64,000 nt of DNA from a virus. Positions within the stretch are counted from its first letter, which is position 1, and each line of letters starts with the position of its first letter. The stretch is taken from positions 1-64,000 of IMG/VR virus record IMGVR_UViG_3300031715_000003. One strand, given 5' to 3'. Below, in pieces: positions 30,363 to 40,209 of this stretch. The notes beneath the pieces are model-generated. The model was not told where the DNA came from. It saw only the letters and a program-made list of their open reading frames with translations, and made no database searches. The position numbers and the translations under genes were made by a program.

Positions 30363-31297
30363 GGGATACGCTTTTATTTTTTGTCCCCGACTGGCGTTTC
30401 TGGTTGCCACCATTGGATGCTCTGGATGGAGTCGATCTGAAGTAGTCTCCGGGGATTGGTTCCGTTAAGAGCTTCTGAGATCAGCGTGCCCGCTGCTTCG
30501 AGTTCGCTAATGTACGAAATCGCCTTTGCGTCCGATAGCGCATCGAAAGCCAAATAGATTCCGCGCATTTGGTCAACGCAAGTGGTGAAGATTTTCATTC
30601 CGTGCTCTTCTCGGGGAGAACCCTTTCGGATCTCTTGTTCGTGCGGATCTTCTCCAGTGCGGCCATGGCGTATTCGGCACCCGCATGGAAGGCGTCGTTG
30701 AGGATATCGGCTTCGTGCTCTGCGTCGTCCAGGGACTCGTAGGACGTGCTCCCGCAGATTCCATCGGGACGGCGCACCATCCATGACTTACCCGCGCCAC
30801 AATGCTTGCATCCGGGTTTATCCACAACAACGGTATAGGGCTGTCTCATTTCATCGGACTCCTCTCCATCTGAATCTCGTTTCGTGCGGCGCAGAGCCGC
30901 GTGTACACGGGGAGTTCCGCGCCGTCTCCGGGTTGGTACTCCCCGCAAATCTCCGTGAACAGCGCATCGCTTCCACTCAACCACTCGAGATGCTGGCGAA
31001 TCTCTTGAAACCGTTCTCCCCAGCTCGAAACAGCGTATTGCAGAACCCCGGTTGTGGGCTTGCGCTGGCGGGGAGAACGGGCCTGACGGACAACGGGCTC
31101 CCTCCAGCGCTTGCGCTTGGCATCCCATACGGGCTCGGGGCGGATACTGGGGTCCAGGATGCTGGCCAGCCGCCAATCCGCAGTCCACCACTCGCGCGCC
31201 TTCTTGTCCCAACGGAAGCCAGCGGATTTGACTTGTGCGTTTTGAGACATCGATGCGCACGCCACGTAGCGTTCTCCCCGGTGGATTACGGGAATCA

Positions 31298-31939
31298 TCA
31301 CCCGATTGTCAGGAGTGCGGGATTCAGTACGCCGCCGCTTTCGTTGGCCTTCTCTCCCTCTGTTCCGATCTGGGTCTTTAAGTTGTGCCAACGACGAAGG
31401 GCTTCCCCATGAATCCAACATTTTGCCAGCATTGCGACAGCGGCCCCGAACATAAATCCGGTGATACCCTCGTCGTCCGCAATGTGCGATGCGTCGTTCG
31501 CACAATTCTCCAAAGTGTCGCCGTTGGAGATTCTCGCTTCCATTAAGCGCGCCCATTTATCGGCGTAGCGAACCACTCCAGATCCGTAAGGATCGGTGTT
31601 TTTGGCGACCCAGGAAGCCCATAATTCGGGATCGCGCAACGTCAACGTGCCCGGTGCTGTCAATAGCGCTCCTTTTAAAGCGGCATCCTTGCGGCGCTGG
31701 TCCTCCTCATACTGGCGCTGTTGCTCTGCGTATTCCGGCGAAGCCAACCATTTCTGGTGGCGTGTGTCGGACTCAGAGTCGTAAAAATTGACGATCTTGT
31801 CCACGGTATCACCGGGCCAAGCTGTCAGTTCTATATCATTGAATTTAGTGGTGACGGCGCTTTTGGACTCATCCGCAAGCGCGATTATGGCTTCGGCGCA
31901 TTCGCGTATATGCTGGCCTGCCTTTGATTCGTAAGTCAT
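31298..31939 (-). CDS. Hypothetical phage protein
   Basis: AAGGAG SD; 213 aa; DDEGITGFMFGAAV..L..CW.HGE.LRRWHN. Confidence 0.65.
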   Translation of the reverse strand: MTYESKAGQHIRECAEAIIALADESKSAVTTKFNDIELTAWPGDTVDKIVNFYDSESDTRHQKWLASPEYAEQQRQYEEDQRRKDAALKGALLTAPGTLTLRDPELWASWVAKNTDPYGSGVVRYADKWARLMEARISNGDTLENCANDASHIADDEGITGFMFGAAVAMLAKCWIHGEALRRWHNLKTQIGTEGEKANESGGVLNPALLTIG

Positions 31940-32153
31940 TCAATTCTCCTTTTTTTCTGAGCAAATTCGCTCGCTAGTGGCGTCCCACAGGAGAGCCGTC
32001 TCCCCCGAGATTGGTCTCCCCCAAAGGAACGCCCTAAGCGCGAGAATCAGCCCTACTGTCCTCGCAAGCCTGTTGGCGGGTAGCACACGGCCATGAGCCG
32101 GCGCTCCACGCGGCGCCGGATGCGCCACACGCGGATCTTACGCAATATCCACT

Positions 32154-32567
32154 TCATAGTTTCCCTCCTTTCCGCAGGTTTAGTGCGAATCGAGCGCGCT
32201 TGCCGATTGCGCCGGGGAGTTTGGCCGCGGCGCGAAGTTTTCGTGCGGGGAGTTCGCTTCCGGCCGGAACTCCCAAATCGCGATGAAGCTGGCCCGGCGT
32301 CAACTTCGACGAAGCAACCTTGCGGAGCCACTCGCGCGCTACTTCGGACTCCTCGGAGCCGTCATCGTAACCGACTCGCCTGAAGACGTTCGCGCTTGCG
32401 AACCCACCGTACATGCGCGCATTCCACGCGGTGACTGCGGCCTTGGGTGTGGCCGCCACAATCATGGCGGGGCATCCCGAGCACCTGACTCCACCACAGG
32501 TCGCGACGCTGCGGATACGTTTGGCCTCACTGCCGCAAAACGGACACGGCAGAAGTTTGGTCTTCAT
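32154..32567 (-). CDS. Lar-like (restriction alleviation) zinc domain fused to a basic domain homologous to ORF 48926-49108
   Basis: LLPCPFCGS...VRCSGC...AAVTAWNAR, then GQLHRDLGVP.G..LPARKL.AAAK..G.IGKRAR.A. Confidence 0.65.
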   Translation of the reverse strand: MKTKLLPCPFCGSEAKRIRSVATCGGVRCSGCPAMIVAATPKAAVTAWNARMYGGFASANVFRRVGYDDGSEESEVAREWLRKVASSKLTPGQLHRDLGVPAGSELPARKLRAAAKLPGAIGKRARFALNLRKGGKL

Positions 32568-32787
32568 CGTTCTACCCTCCTTGCCGTGCGTTCCCGCCGG
32601 CGCGCAGCGGCGGCGTTCTCCGCGCCCAGCTTCCACAGTTGGTCATACGTTGCGGTGTAGGAATGCCTGGTTCCTTTGAGCCTGATGGTGATGTAGGTGG
32701 CGGCCAGCTCGATTACGATGGGTCGTATCTTGCCGCGCTCCCGCACCGATTGCAGCGTTTCGCGTTTGATGGGCTTGAGTGTGGTGG

Positions 32788-33132
32788 TCATCGCGCGCGC
32801 TCCCGTGGCTTCCAGTGCACGTCATAGAACCAGAGCGACATCAGATAGGCGCAAGCAGCTTCCTTATGCTCATGTTGCGGCTGAAACGATCGCGCAATGG
32901 CTTGAACGTGGTTGAACGCCTTCACTGTGTCGATCCCTACTTTAGGCGTGAACCTGACATCCTCTACTCCAAAGAAAAACATATCACTAAAGAAGCCATT
33001 CCAGAGCGTACGGCCGTGCTTGAACTCCTCTGGGATGGCTTCGAAGGCAGGCATGAGCGAAAACACATCCGCTGGCCCGAAGGCCATATCCAGCCCGGTT
33101 ACTTCGGTGGGAGCAGTGAAATCTGTCGTCAC
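32788..33132 (-). CDS. Hypothetical phage protein
   Basis: GGAGG SD; SFQPQHEHKEAACAYLMSLWF motif. Confidence 0.6.
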   Translation of the reverse strand: MTTDFTAPTEVTGLDMAFGPADVFSLMPAFEAIPEEFKHGRTLWNGFFSDMFFFGVEDVRFTPKVGIDTVKAFNHVQAIARSFQPQHEHKEAACAYLMSLWFYDVHWKPRERAR

Positions 33133-33647
33133 TTCGCAACCTCCTGCGGGAGTTCGCTTTCAGCCGATTCCGTTCTCCCCGTCAGCCAGAATTTATTGCC
33201 GTCTACAATTGCTTGGCAGATGATGCGGAGTCGGTCGCGAGCGGATGCCGGGCGTTCTTCCTCGAATGGCCACGGATATCTCATAGGGCTCCATCCTTCG
33301 AAGATCGCCTCGACGCGCGTTCGGCTTGCTTTGTCTAGTGGTAGACGCGGAAGATAGATGTTGTCCTCAATGTAGAGGTATCCATTGGTGCGGAAATTGA
33401 GGTCAATTGCGTCCTCCCGAATGGCTTGGGCAACGAGAAATGCCCCGAGCGCGCAGACGTGGCACTCCACGCCCGACAATGCGAGCTGCTGAAGGTCGAT
33501 AGGGCCATCGCCCTCCCATTGCTCAACCCGCACGTAACTTATTTCCGTGAGTTCGAGTTTTACCGGCCCCTTGTAGTCGTGGTCCAGGTATCGCAGCACG
33601 TCGGCTGCAAGCATTTCGATGGTCAGTGGTTGTTGTTCTTCGGACAT
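33129..33647 (-). CDS. Hypothetical early protein
   Basis: ATG follows the repeated AGGAGG element; contains CHVCALGA. Confidence 0.6.
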   Translation of the reverse strand: MSEEQQPLTIEMLAADVLRYLDHDYKGPVKLELTEISYVRVEQWEGDGPIDLQQLALSGVECHVCALGAFLVAQAIREDAIDLNFRTNGYLYIEDNIYLPRLPLDKASRTRVEAIFEGWSPMRYPWPFEEERPASARDRLRIICQAIVDGNKFWLTGRTESAESELPQEVAK

Positions 33648-33656
33648 CAGTTGTTT

Positions 33657-33726
33657 GAGCCTCCTATTGCTCACCCGAGGGGAGCACGGTCGCGGGTGTG
33701 CTCCCCTTCGGCGCGCATCAGGAAAC
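33657..33726 (-). repeat. SD-sequestering intergenic element, copy 4
   Basis: GTTTCCTGATGCGC-hairpin-GAGCAATAGGAGGCTC. Confidence 0.8.
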
Positions 33727-34068
33727 GTCTTTCACAACACGCAAAGCGACATCGTAAAGGCCAGGATTAGCGAAGTCTCCAAGATTGGCCTCGGATGAAT
33801 GCTTGTTCGTCAGATGCATTCTGGCTTCCGAGACGTGCGCGTAAACTGCGCCGGAGCCTGGCCCTTCCCGCTCAATAGTCTTATCGCGCTGGTTGACCAG
33901 CATGTGAATCCAATACGATCCGTCGGTGCAGCGCTCAATATCGATCTCCCCGCCAGGGAACTTGACTCGGAAGCTGTCGTGTTCCGGCTTGCGCGGATTG
34001 CCCTCCAATTCGACACCAACGACGCTATCCCCAAAGGATTTGATTCTCAGGTGTTCGCCTGTTTTCAT
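33718..34068 (-). CDS. Hypothetical early protein
   Basis: ATG at 34068 follows the element; its stop lies inside the next element. Confidence 0.6.
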   Translation of the reverse strand: MKTGEHLRIKSFGDSVVGVELEGNPRKPEHDSFRVKFPGGEIDIERCTDGSYWIHMLVNQRDKTIEREGPGSGAVYAHVSEARMHLTNKHSSEANLGDFANPGLYDVALRVVKDVS

Positions 34069-34075
34069 AGTTTGT

Positions 34076-34169
34076 GAGCCTCCTATTGCTCGATGGCCGC
34101 CGTCTCCGCGCGGAAAAGATAGGAGACTTGGGAATCTTGCCCCACGGCGGCCGTCGCGCACCAGGAAGC
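34076..34169 (-). repeat. SD-sequestering intergenic element, copy 3
   Basis: GCTTCCTGGTGCGC-long hairpin-GAGCAATAGGAGGCTC. Confidence 0.8.
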
Positions 34170-34694
34170 TGGCGCGCGCCCGCATTAGCCGGGTTTCATG
34201 CGATTATCCCGGCGAGTTTGTCGCGCAAGATGTCCAGGTGCAACTCGAACATCCGAACCGCTTCCTTGCGGGTCTTGAGGAGCCCAGGGCCGAACTTGCT
34301 GCGGTAGCTCCAAGTCCAGTGATAGCGGCCAACCTTGCGGATGGGATAGCCGTCGCTTCCAAAGTGGTCAACGTGCGTCAGGATGAAAGCCTCGTCCTCA
34401 TCGAGCCGTCCGGCGCTGCGGGTGACTAGTCCGCCGTAATCAGTAAAGGATTGGGGGGAGTTCATTGTCGGATCTCCTCTGTGCGGACGAAAGGGCCATT
34501 ACCGAACTCCCTGATGTTGCGGTGGGCCTCGCACCTATTGGCGCGCGATAGTCCATCGGGTGATGGGATCACGCCCAGGCCGAGCAAGGCTTGGCGGGTA
34601 CTTTCCGTTCTGGTGGTTATCAGGACGTTGGTAGCGGGGTCTCCGCATTCGTGCCCATAGGTTCCGGGAGCGGCGAACTGGCATTTGGGGGAGT

Positions 34695-34943
34695 TCATTT
34701 CTGGCCCTCTTTCTGCGCCCAAGCGTTCTTTGCTCCCTTGGTGCTTTTGCTCTTGTAGCAGATGGCGCACGGCTTCAGCTCGTGCTGTTCAGCGTCTTTG
34801 CGATCGGCGTGGAGCACGTTCTTGGTTTTGCTCAGGTGCTCGCACTGAGAAGATGCGTGGTACGTCTTCCCATTGGGCGAGAAGTACACGGTTTCGGCCA
34901 GCAGCATCCCCGAAGCCAGAACGAAAGCGATGAGCTTATTCAT
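34695..34943 (-). CDS. Small secreted metal-binding protein
   Basis: Signal peptide plus VY.SPNGKTYH...C..L...PCAIC. Confidence 0.6.
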   Translation of the reverse strand: MNKLIAFVLASGMLLAETVYFSPNGKTYHASSQCEHLSKTKNVLHADRKDAEQHELKPCAICYKSKSTKGAKNAWAQKEGQK

Positions 34944-35121
34944 TAGCGTGCTCCCCCAATGACCGTCCCCTTAACCAGTGAGGCAATGTCATGGACAACG
35001 GACGTGCGCCAAATCCAGGCCAAGCCGATATTGTCGGTCCATTCATCTCCGTCCTCCCCGCAGCGGTAGTAATGGCCGTCCTCATTGACCACAAGGAAAA
35101 GATTGTGTTTCATGCTATTTT

Positions 35122-35183
35122 GAGCCTCCTATTGCTCATTGGGGGAGCACGTTAGCGGACTCCCCCAAGGCGCACCAGGAAAC
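35122..35183 (-). repeat. SD-sequestering intergenic element, copy 2
   Basis: GTTTCCTGGTGCGC-hairpin-GAGCAATAGGAGGCTC, ahead of a 56 aa ORF (34943-35113). Confidence 0.8.
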
Positions 35184-35567
35184 AGGCTCCGAATCCCCAC
35201 CGCTCGGAGCAACACGGTTCGCACGTTCGCCTGCAGCCCGGAGACATCAGGTGCGAGCGATGTTGGGGTAATCAGGCGCATTGAGCGTAATCCACGCCGC
35301 CGAGAGGCGTCATTTTGGCGCTCGCGCGCATCACGATCTCGCCGTCCTGGTATTCCTCTGCGGTTAGATGGACGACGATGGAGCGCTCACCGGAGTCCGC
35401 ATAATCATATGAGTCAGCGAAATCCTCGAGCGCCTCAATGAGCGTGTCGCCCTCGGCCAGATCGTAGTAGTAGCCCATGACTTCATCGGCGATGCGGATC
35501 TCGCGCCCGGTGCCGGCTAGTTCGCTTTTATAGTTGTGCTGGTAAGTTCCGTTTGCCATATTTCGCC

Positions 35568-35828
35568 TCAAAGCTGAACCAGAACGCGGTTAACGTCGTT
35601 CTCGAACGTGTAGACTTGGTCGCCGTTCTCCAGACCACCTTTCATGAGCGGTCCAGCCCATCCGAACTTCCGGCAGAGCGCGATGGCGGCTCCATCGTGG
35701 GCTTTGTCGGCGCTGTCGAACTGGCTGACCTTGACGGTGACGCGGTTCTTGGGATGGCCGGTTGTGGCGGAAACCGTTGATGGTTTGGTCACGTCGGCGC
35801 CGTGGTATCGGGTAATGATTGCTTTCAT
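35568..35828 (-). CDS. Hypothetical early protein
   Basis: MKAIITRYHGA...; ATG follows the element. Confidence 0.65.
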   Translation of the reverse strand: MKAIITRYHGADVTKPSTVSATTGHPKNRVTVKVSQFDSADKAHDGAAIALCRKFGWAGPLMKGGLENGDQVYTFENDVNRVLVQL

Positions 35829-35835
35829 TTTGTGC

Positions 35836-35901
35836 GAGCCTCCTATTGCTCAGCCAGGGGAGAAGACCGAAAGCGTTCTCCCCTGAAGCGCACTAGGAAA
35901 C
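35836..35901 (-). repeat. SD-sequestering intergenic element, copy 1
   Basis: GTTTCCTAGTGCGC-hairpin-GAGCAATAGGAGGCTC. Confidence 0.8.
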
Positions 35902-36297
35902 CACAGGGTCGGAGTTGAAGGACCAGCGCAGCTCGGTCACTTTGCCACGGACAAAACAACGGCCGTCCTGATGGCCTGAACGAGTGGAGCCGCAATTCAG
36001 GCATTTTTCCAGTTGCCGATCTCCCGACATGGCTTCTTGAGCTTCCATAGTCAGAACCAAATGCGTCACTCCAGGCAGTGCGATATCGGCCATTGGGCAG
36101 AACACCGAATAGCTGGCGGCGAGTTTCGTCCACCCGTCCGTTACGCTAGCGGCATCGGTGTATTCCACAAATGCATCCAGCCCATCTAACCGGATTCGCA
36201 GTTTCACCTTAAATCCGTTCTGGTCCGGAAGAATACCGTGGCCTAGCAGCCGTGCGCGACGGCTTGTGCCTTGCTCCACAAATTCCCTCAAGTTCAT
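35893..36297 (-). CDS. First gene of the leftward (early) arm, hypothetical
   Basis: Follows the promoter and an SD-in-loop hairpin CAGGG-AAATAGGAG-CCCTG. Confidence 0.6.
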   Translation of the reverse strand: MNLREFVEQGTSRRARLLGHGILPDQNGFKVKLRIRLDGLDAFVEYTDAASVTDGWTKLAASYSVFCPMADIALPGVTHLVLTMEAQEAMSGDRQLEKCLNCGSTRSGHQDGRCFVRGKVTELRWSFNSDPVVS

Positions 36298-36325
36298 TGT
36301 TTCCAGGGCTCCTATTTCCCTGTGG

Positions 36326-36362
36326 AGATAAGATACCGCTTTTTTATCCGCAGTGTCAAGAT
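36326..36362 (-). promoter_or_regulatory. Early promoter copy 1
   Basis: TTGACA-18-TATCTT with spacer GCGGATAAAAAAGCG and an A/T-rich UP tract. Confidence 0.8.
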
Positions 36363-36429
36363 TTATTTTTGTTCTCCCCGCAAGTTTCAGAAAATGCTAC
36401 CATAAAACCGAAAGCGTTCTCCCCTTAGT

Positions 36430-37044
36430 ATGTTGGTAGCACCAGAAAACGGGCGCATTCGAGGCAAGCGAGACATCCTCAGCAACCCAGAGCGGAAATT
36501 CGCGGATGCCATTGCTCAGGGCAAATCGAAAGAGGACGCCCTCGCAGCCGCTGGCTACAGTTCCAAGTGCGGTAAATCCCAAGCCTGGAAACTCCTTTCG
36601 CGCAAGCGCGTGATCGACCGCATTGCGGAAACCAACATCGAAATTGCCCGCCAAGTGGCCGTCTACAGCGCGCGCTCCCTTAGCGAGATCCCAAACTTGG
36701 CTGAAGTCACCCTGAATAGAACCCGTATCGTGTCTTTCCTTGTGGTGGTGGCTCAGGAAGCAAGAAAAGCCGGGCAGTATGCATCAGCGATAACTGGAAT
36801 GGTTCAAGCGGCTAAAGTTTCTGGCGCTTATGTTGAGCGAACAGAGCAAGCTGTTGAGTTTCAACTGCTTGAGAAGGCAGCGGCGGGCAACATGAGCGAG
36901 TTGACGGATGATCAGGTGGAGCGGATGACGCGGGCGCTGGAAGTGATGGCGTGGGGCTCGGATAGAGCACGCATCGAAGCCGAAAGACGGAAACAAGGCA
37001 TCATAGAAGCCAGCGCGGAAGCCGTTGAAACGAAAGATAGTTAG
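36430..37044 (+). CDS. terS: Terminase small subunit
   Basis: LSNPERKFA...G.S..DA..AAGYS....QAWKLL...V..RI N-terminal HTH, and ELTDDQV in the C-terminus. Confidence 0.7.
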   Translation: MLVAPENGRIRGKRDILSNPERKFADAIAQGKSKEDALAAAGYSSKCGKSQAWKLLSRKRVIDRIAETNIEIARQVAVYSARSLSEIPNLAEVTLNRTRIVSFLVVVAQEARKAGQYASAITGMVQAAKVSGAYVERTEQAVEFQLLEKAAAGNMSELTDDQVERMTRALEVMAWGSDRARIEAERRKQGIIEASAEAVETKDS

Positions 37045-37455
37045 ATTTCCTACGAACAATTACCTTATTTCCTTGTATAATAGGCTGCATGAGAAGCCAT
37101 TTGTTACAAGAAACTCTGCCAGAGATCAAGAAGCGCGGACGCCCACAGCGTATTGTTCGATGCGACTGTGGCGACCGAATGCCCTCGTTCGAGTTCCAGC
37201 ACCACTATTCAGGCTGCGATGCGTTCTGGAAAAAGCACGGCGCCGTGGAGACGGATCAGGATATTTCGGTTCGTTGTTACGTGAAGCACGGAGTCAGCCT
37301 GATGAAGTGGTGCGAGGAGAACGTTGAAGGCTGGTCCAGCGCCTCATGGCAGGAGAAAGAGGAGGTTCTGGAAGCTGAGCACGCGCGGATCGATGAGATT
37401 CAGTTCTCGTTGTGAGCCGGCTTGGATCGCGCGGCGGGCCTGGCTTCCGGCTTCG

Positions 37456-37523
37456 GCCCCTCCCTTCCTTCCCGACCACCCCACCCCACAGTACCCTCGC
37501 CCCCCCCACCCCCCACCCCCCCC
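37456..37523. other. C-rich tract (G-quadruplex-capable on the - strand)
   Basis: Successive C runs of 3-8 nt in non-coding DNA after terS. Confidence 0.6.
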
Positions 37524-37604
37524 TTCGATTTAATTCACCGATCAGCACGAAGTTGATTCTGGAAAGAAGGCCACCGGCCTAAGAATCAACGATATAAAAT
37601 ATAG

Positions 37605-37634
37605 TTGACACCGTGCTCAGTGCCGATGTAAACT
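37605..37634 (+). promoter_or_regulatory. Rightward sigma70-like promoter
   Basis: TTGACA-18-TAAACT, with ATG 7 nt downstream (leaderless). Confidence 0.7.
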
Positions 37635-37641
37635 TAACGCA

Positions 37642-38205
37642 ATGGAACGGAAGAGATATTGGGCGCATGTGGATGGAGCGGGGCAAGCGGGTACGGAGTT
37701 GATCACTTCAGGGTGGGGCGAATGGATGCCGGAGGCTGGCGACATCTTCACGATCGATGGAGTCTATGGAGTGAATCCTGATGGCGAAAGCTGGACAGGA
37801 CGGCTCCAGTATTTTGCGATGCAGGAAAGTCCGAAGAAACTAGCCACTAATGGTAATGCGGTTTTGACCATCGCGCCCGCGATCATCCCAAGTGGGAAGT
37901 TCAGGACGGTAACGAACTCGCCGGCGAACGGGGCACGGATTCAACCGGTTGATCCTATACTCTTTGGAAGCGACCTCCCTAAGGGGAGAACGGTTTTGAA
38001 GACTAAGGAATTGAAGGAGTTAAGGAAAGCGCTGTCACAACAGCACGGGGCGATGGCCAAGATTGCTAGGTCGCTTGGGATCTCGAGGACGGCTGTATCG
38101 TTGGTGCTGAATGGGGTGAGCAAGAGCGAGAGGGTGTTGAAGGCTTGTAAGGCAGCGGTGAGGGGAGAACGCTTTGGAAACCAAGGTCCGCGGGTGGATA
38201 ATTAA
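37642..38205 (+). CDS. Coat-protein I-domain-like module fused to a Cro/XRE-like HTH
   Basis: The N-terminal half aligns with the coat segment AGQ.G...GD....GVY.VNP...TG.LQ.F...I.P.II..G...TVTNSPANGA. The C-terminal half reads MAKIARSLGISRTAVSLVLNG. Confidence 0.8.
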   Translation: MERKRYWAHVDGAGQAGTELITSGWGEWMPEAGDIFTIDGVYGVNPDGESWTGRLQYFAMQESPKKLATNGNAVLTIAPAIIPSGKFRTVTNSPANGARIQPVDPILFGSDLPKGRTVLKTKELKELRKALSQQHGAMAKIARSLGISRTAVSLVLNGVSKSERVLKACKAAVRGERFGNQGPRVDN

Positions 38206-38725
38206 GAACCGGTCGGATGGAACTGGATCGGCGAAGTTCAGTGAGTGCGAGCGCTATCGCTACACTCTGACCAGGAGTTTTGCGCCTGGGATAGTGATGC
38301 CGCGGCACGTGAACTTCATTATGCTGAACCCGTCGACCGCCGACCATAACCAGAACGATCCGACGGTGGAGCGGTGCGAGCGCCGGGCACGCGCTTGGAG
38401 ATTTGACGGGCTGACGGTGACGAATCTATTCGCGTGGAGGGCGACCGATCCGTCTGAACTACTCAAAGTGGCGGATCCCGTCGGGCCAGACAACGATTGG
38501 AATTTAGTGCACGAGGCCAAAATGGGAGCTGATTTAGTCGTATGCGGATGGGGCGGAAATAGCCGGTTCACACGCAACAGAGCCATCCATGTCGTTAGTC
38601 TCCTGTTGAATGCGGCCGTGCCGCTGACGTATTTGCGACTGTCGCAGAGGACTGGACAGCCTTGTCATCCTCTTTACTTGCCGTACTCCGAGTTGCCTAA
38701 AGTCTGGTGGGACGAGCGCGTCTAG
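38174..38725 (+). CDS. DUF1643 family protein
   Basis: AKFSECERYRYTLTR, FIMLNPSTAD..NDPTV.RC, NLFAWRATDP, CGWG, HPLY. Confidence 0.85.
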   Translation: METKVRGWIIKNRSDGTGSAKFSECERYRYTLTRSFAPGIVMPRHVNFIMLNPSTADHNQNDPTVERCERRARAWRFDGLTVTNLFAWRATDPSELLKVADPVGPDNDWNLVHEAKMGADLVVCGWGGNSRFTRNRAIHVVSLLLNAAVPLTYLRLSQRTGQPCHPLYLPYSELPKVWWDERV

Positions 38726-39245
38726 GGAGAACGGATTTGGCGAACAACCGGCTTCATTTCACTTTGCGGCTCATTGGCGCTATTATGGCGGGCGGCATCA
38801 CGGGAGTGGTGTTGGGCTGGCTGACCTATCGAAACTGAGGGGAGAACGATAGCGAAATGATCAAAAAAATGGAACAAGCGGACGGGCAGAGTTGCTGGAA
38901 TAAGGCTCATGAGGAAGAAATGGTTTTCGTGCTGCTCGAGCGCGATCTAGCCGCCCCCTATGCGATACGGGAGTGGGCCAAGAAGCGGATAGAACTTGGC
39001 AAGAACACCACGGACGATCATCAGATCAAAGAGGCGTTGGGCGCCGCGCTCTTCATGGAGAGACGAGATAAATCCGCAGAACTTTTGCCGAACGAGGCAA
39101 AACGACATACTTGGGAGTATGTCCATATGTCCGACGGACGGCGCGTCAAAAGATGCAGCCTCTGCTGGTGCGCCTACGAGTTTGGATACGACTTGCCCTG
39201 TACAGCAAAGCCGAAAGAGCTGCTTAGGGAGAATGAACCAGGCTG

Positions 39246-39275
39246 TTGACGTACTCCCCCAAAGAGGCGCATAAT
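39246..39275 (+). promoter_or_regulatory. Possible promoter overlapped by the dispersed motif
   Basis: TTGACG-18-CATAAT, with GTACTCCCC at 39251. Confidence 0.5.
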
Positions 39276-40209
39276 CCAATCATCACGGGCCATGACGGAA
39301 GAAGAAAAGCGCGCGCTTATTGCTGAGTTTCTTAAAGCGCTCTCCCCTGATGAGCGTGCACGTGTAGTGTGCGGGGCCAGCGGGGAGAACGCTTCTGAAC
39401 CCGTTAAAGAAATCCAGAAAATTCCGGATCCGCGCTACCAATATAGACCACAGATCCCGGCTGACTACACGGTGCCGCCCAAGCCGGCAGGCTGGCTGAA
39501 ATGAAATGCTGCGACTGCGGTGCCATCAACGTTCCGGGCAACCATCTCGGCACAGTACAGCGTTGCCGCCGCTGTCTCGACCGGCTACTGATCCGGACGC
39601 TTCGGCCCCACGTTCTTAAATCTCCGCTGCTGCGAAAATGGAACCAGGAGATTGAGGCAGTTCTGCCAAAACGGCTCTCCCGTGAAGAAAAGGAGGGGAG
39701 AGCGATATTGATCATGAAGGCTAGCAATGGAACCTGAACAAAGACTCCCTGCGATAAACGGGACCAATGCTGGAGAATGGAACCACTCTGAGGTAGAGTA
39801 CAATGCCTGCCAGAGCACCAATGGACCGATGAAGGATTGCCCGTCGTGCGGTGGGACTGGTAAGATTTCAGAAAGCGCACTACCATGAAAAGGCTCTTCT
39901 CCATCACCGGATGGGAGTACAAGTGGATCTTTGAAATTCGGCGTGGACCCTTCCGATCGTTTCACCTCATGATCAGACGTGAACTAAAGAGGTGGCTATG
40001 ACGGTACTCCTCTCACGTCCTTATCGTCCCGCCATGGCTTGTGAAGCGTGTTGCTTCGGGGGGAGTACGCACGCGGTCTGGTGCAGCAAAGCCCAAAGTT
40101 TCATGGAGGCGTGGGATGCTGTTACGTGGCTCCCTGGATCGCCACGTGCCGCCAGAGAAGCCGCTATGCACCCGGCGTCTCACTCTCCACCGAAAGTGAA
40201 CTCCCCCCA

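Noticed and set aside
35185-35262. Hammerhead ribozyme (CTGATG...GAA on the - strand)
   Set aside because: The core reads CTGATGT and GAAC rather than CUGAUGA and GAAA. It folds more simply as a hairpin.
33657-35901. Integron attC sites
   Set aside because: The RYYYAAC/GTTRRRY core boxes are absent, there is no integrase, and the pairing depends on G-U pairs, which points to RNA.
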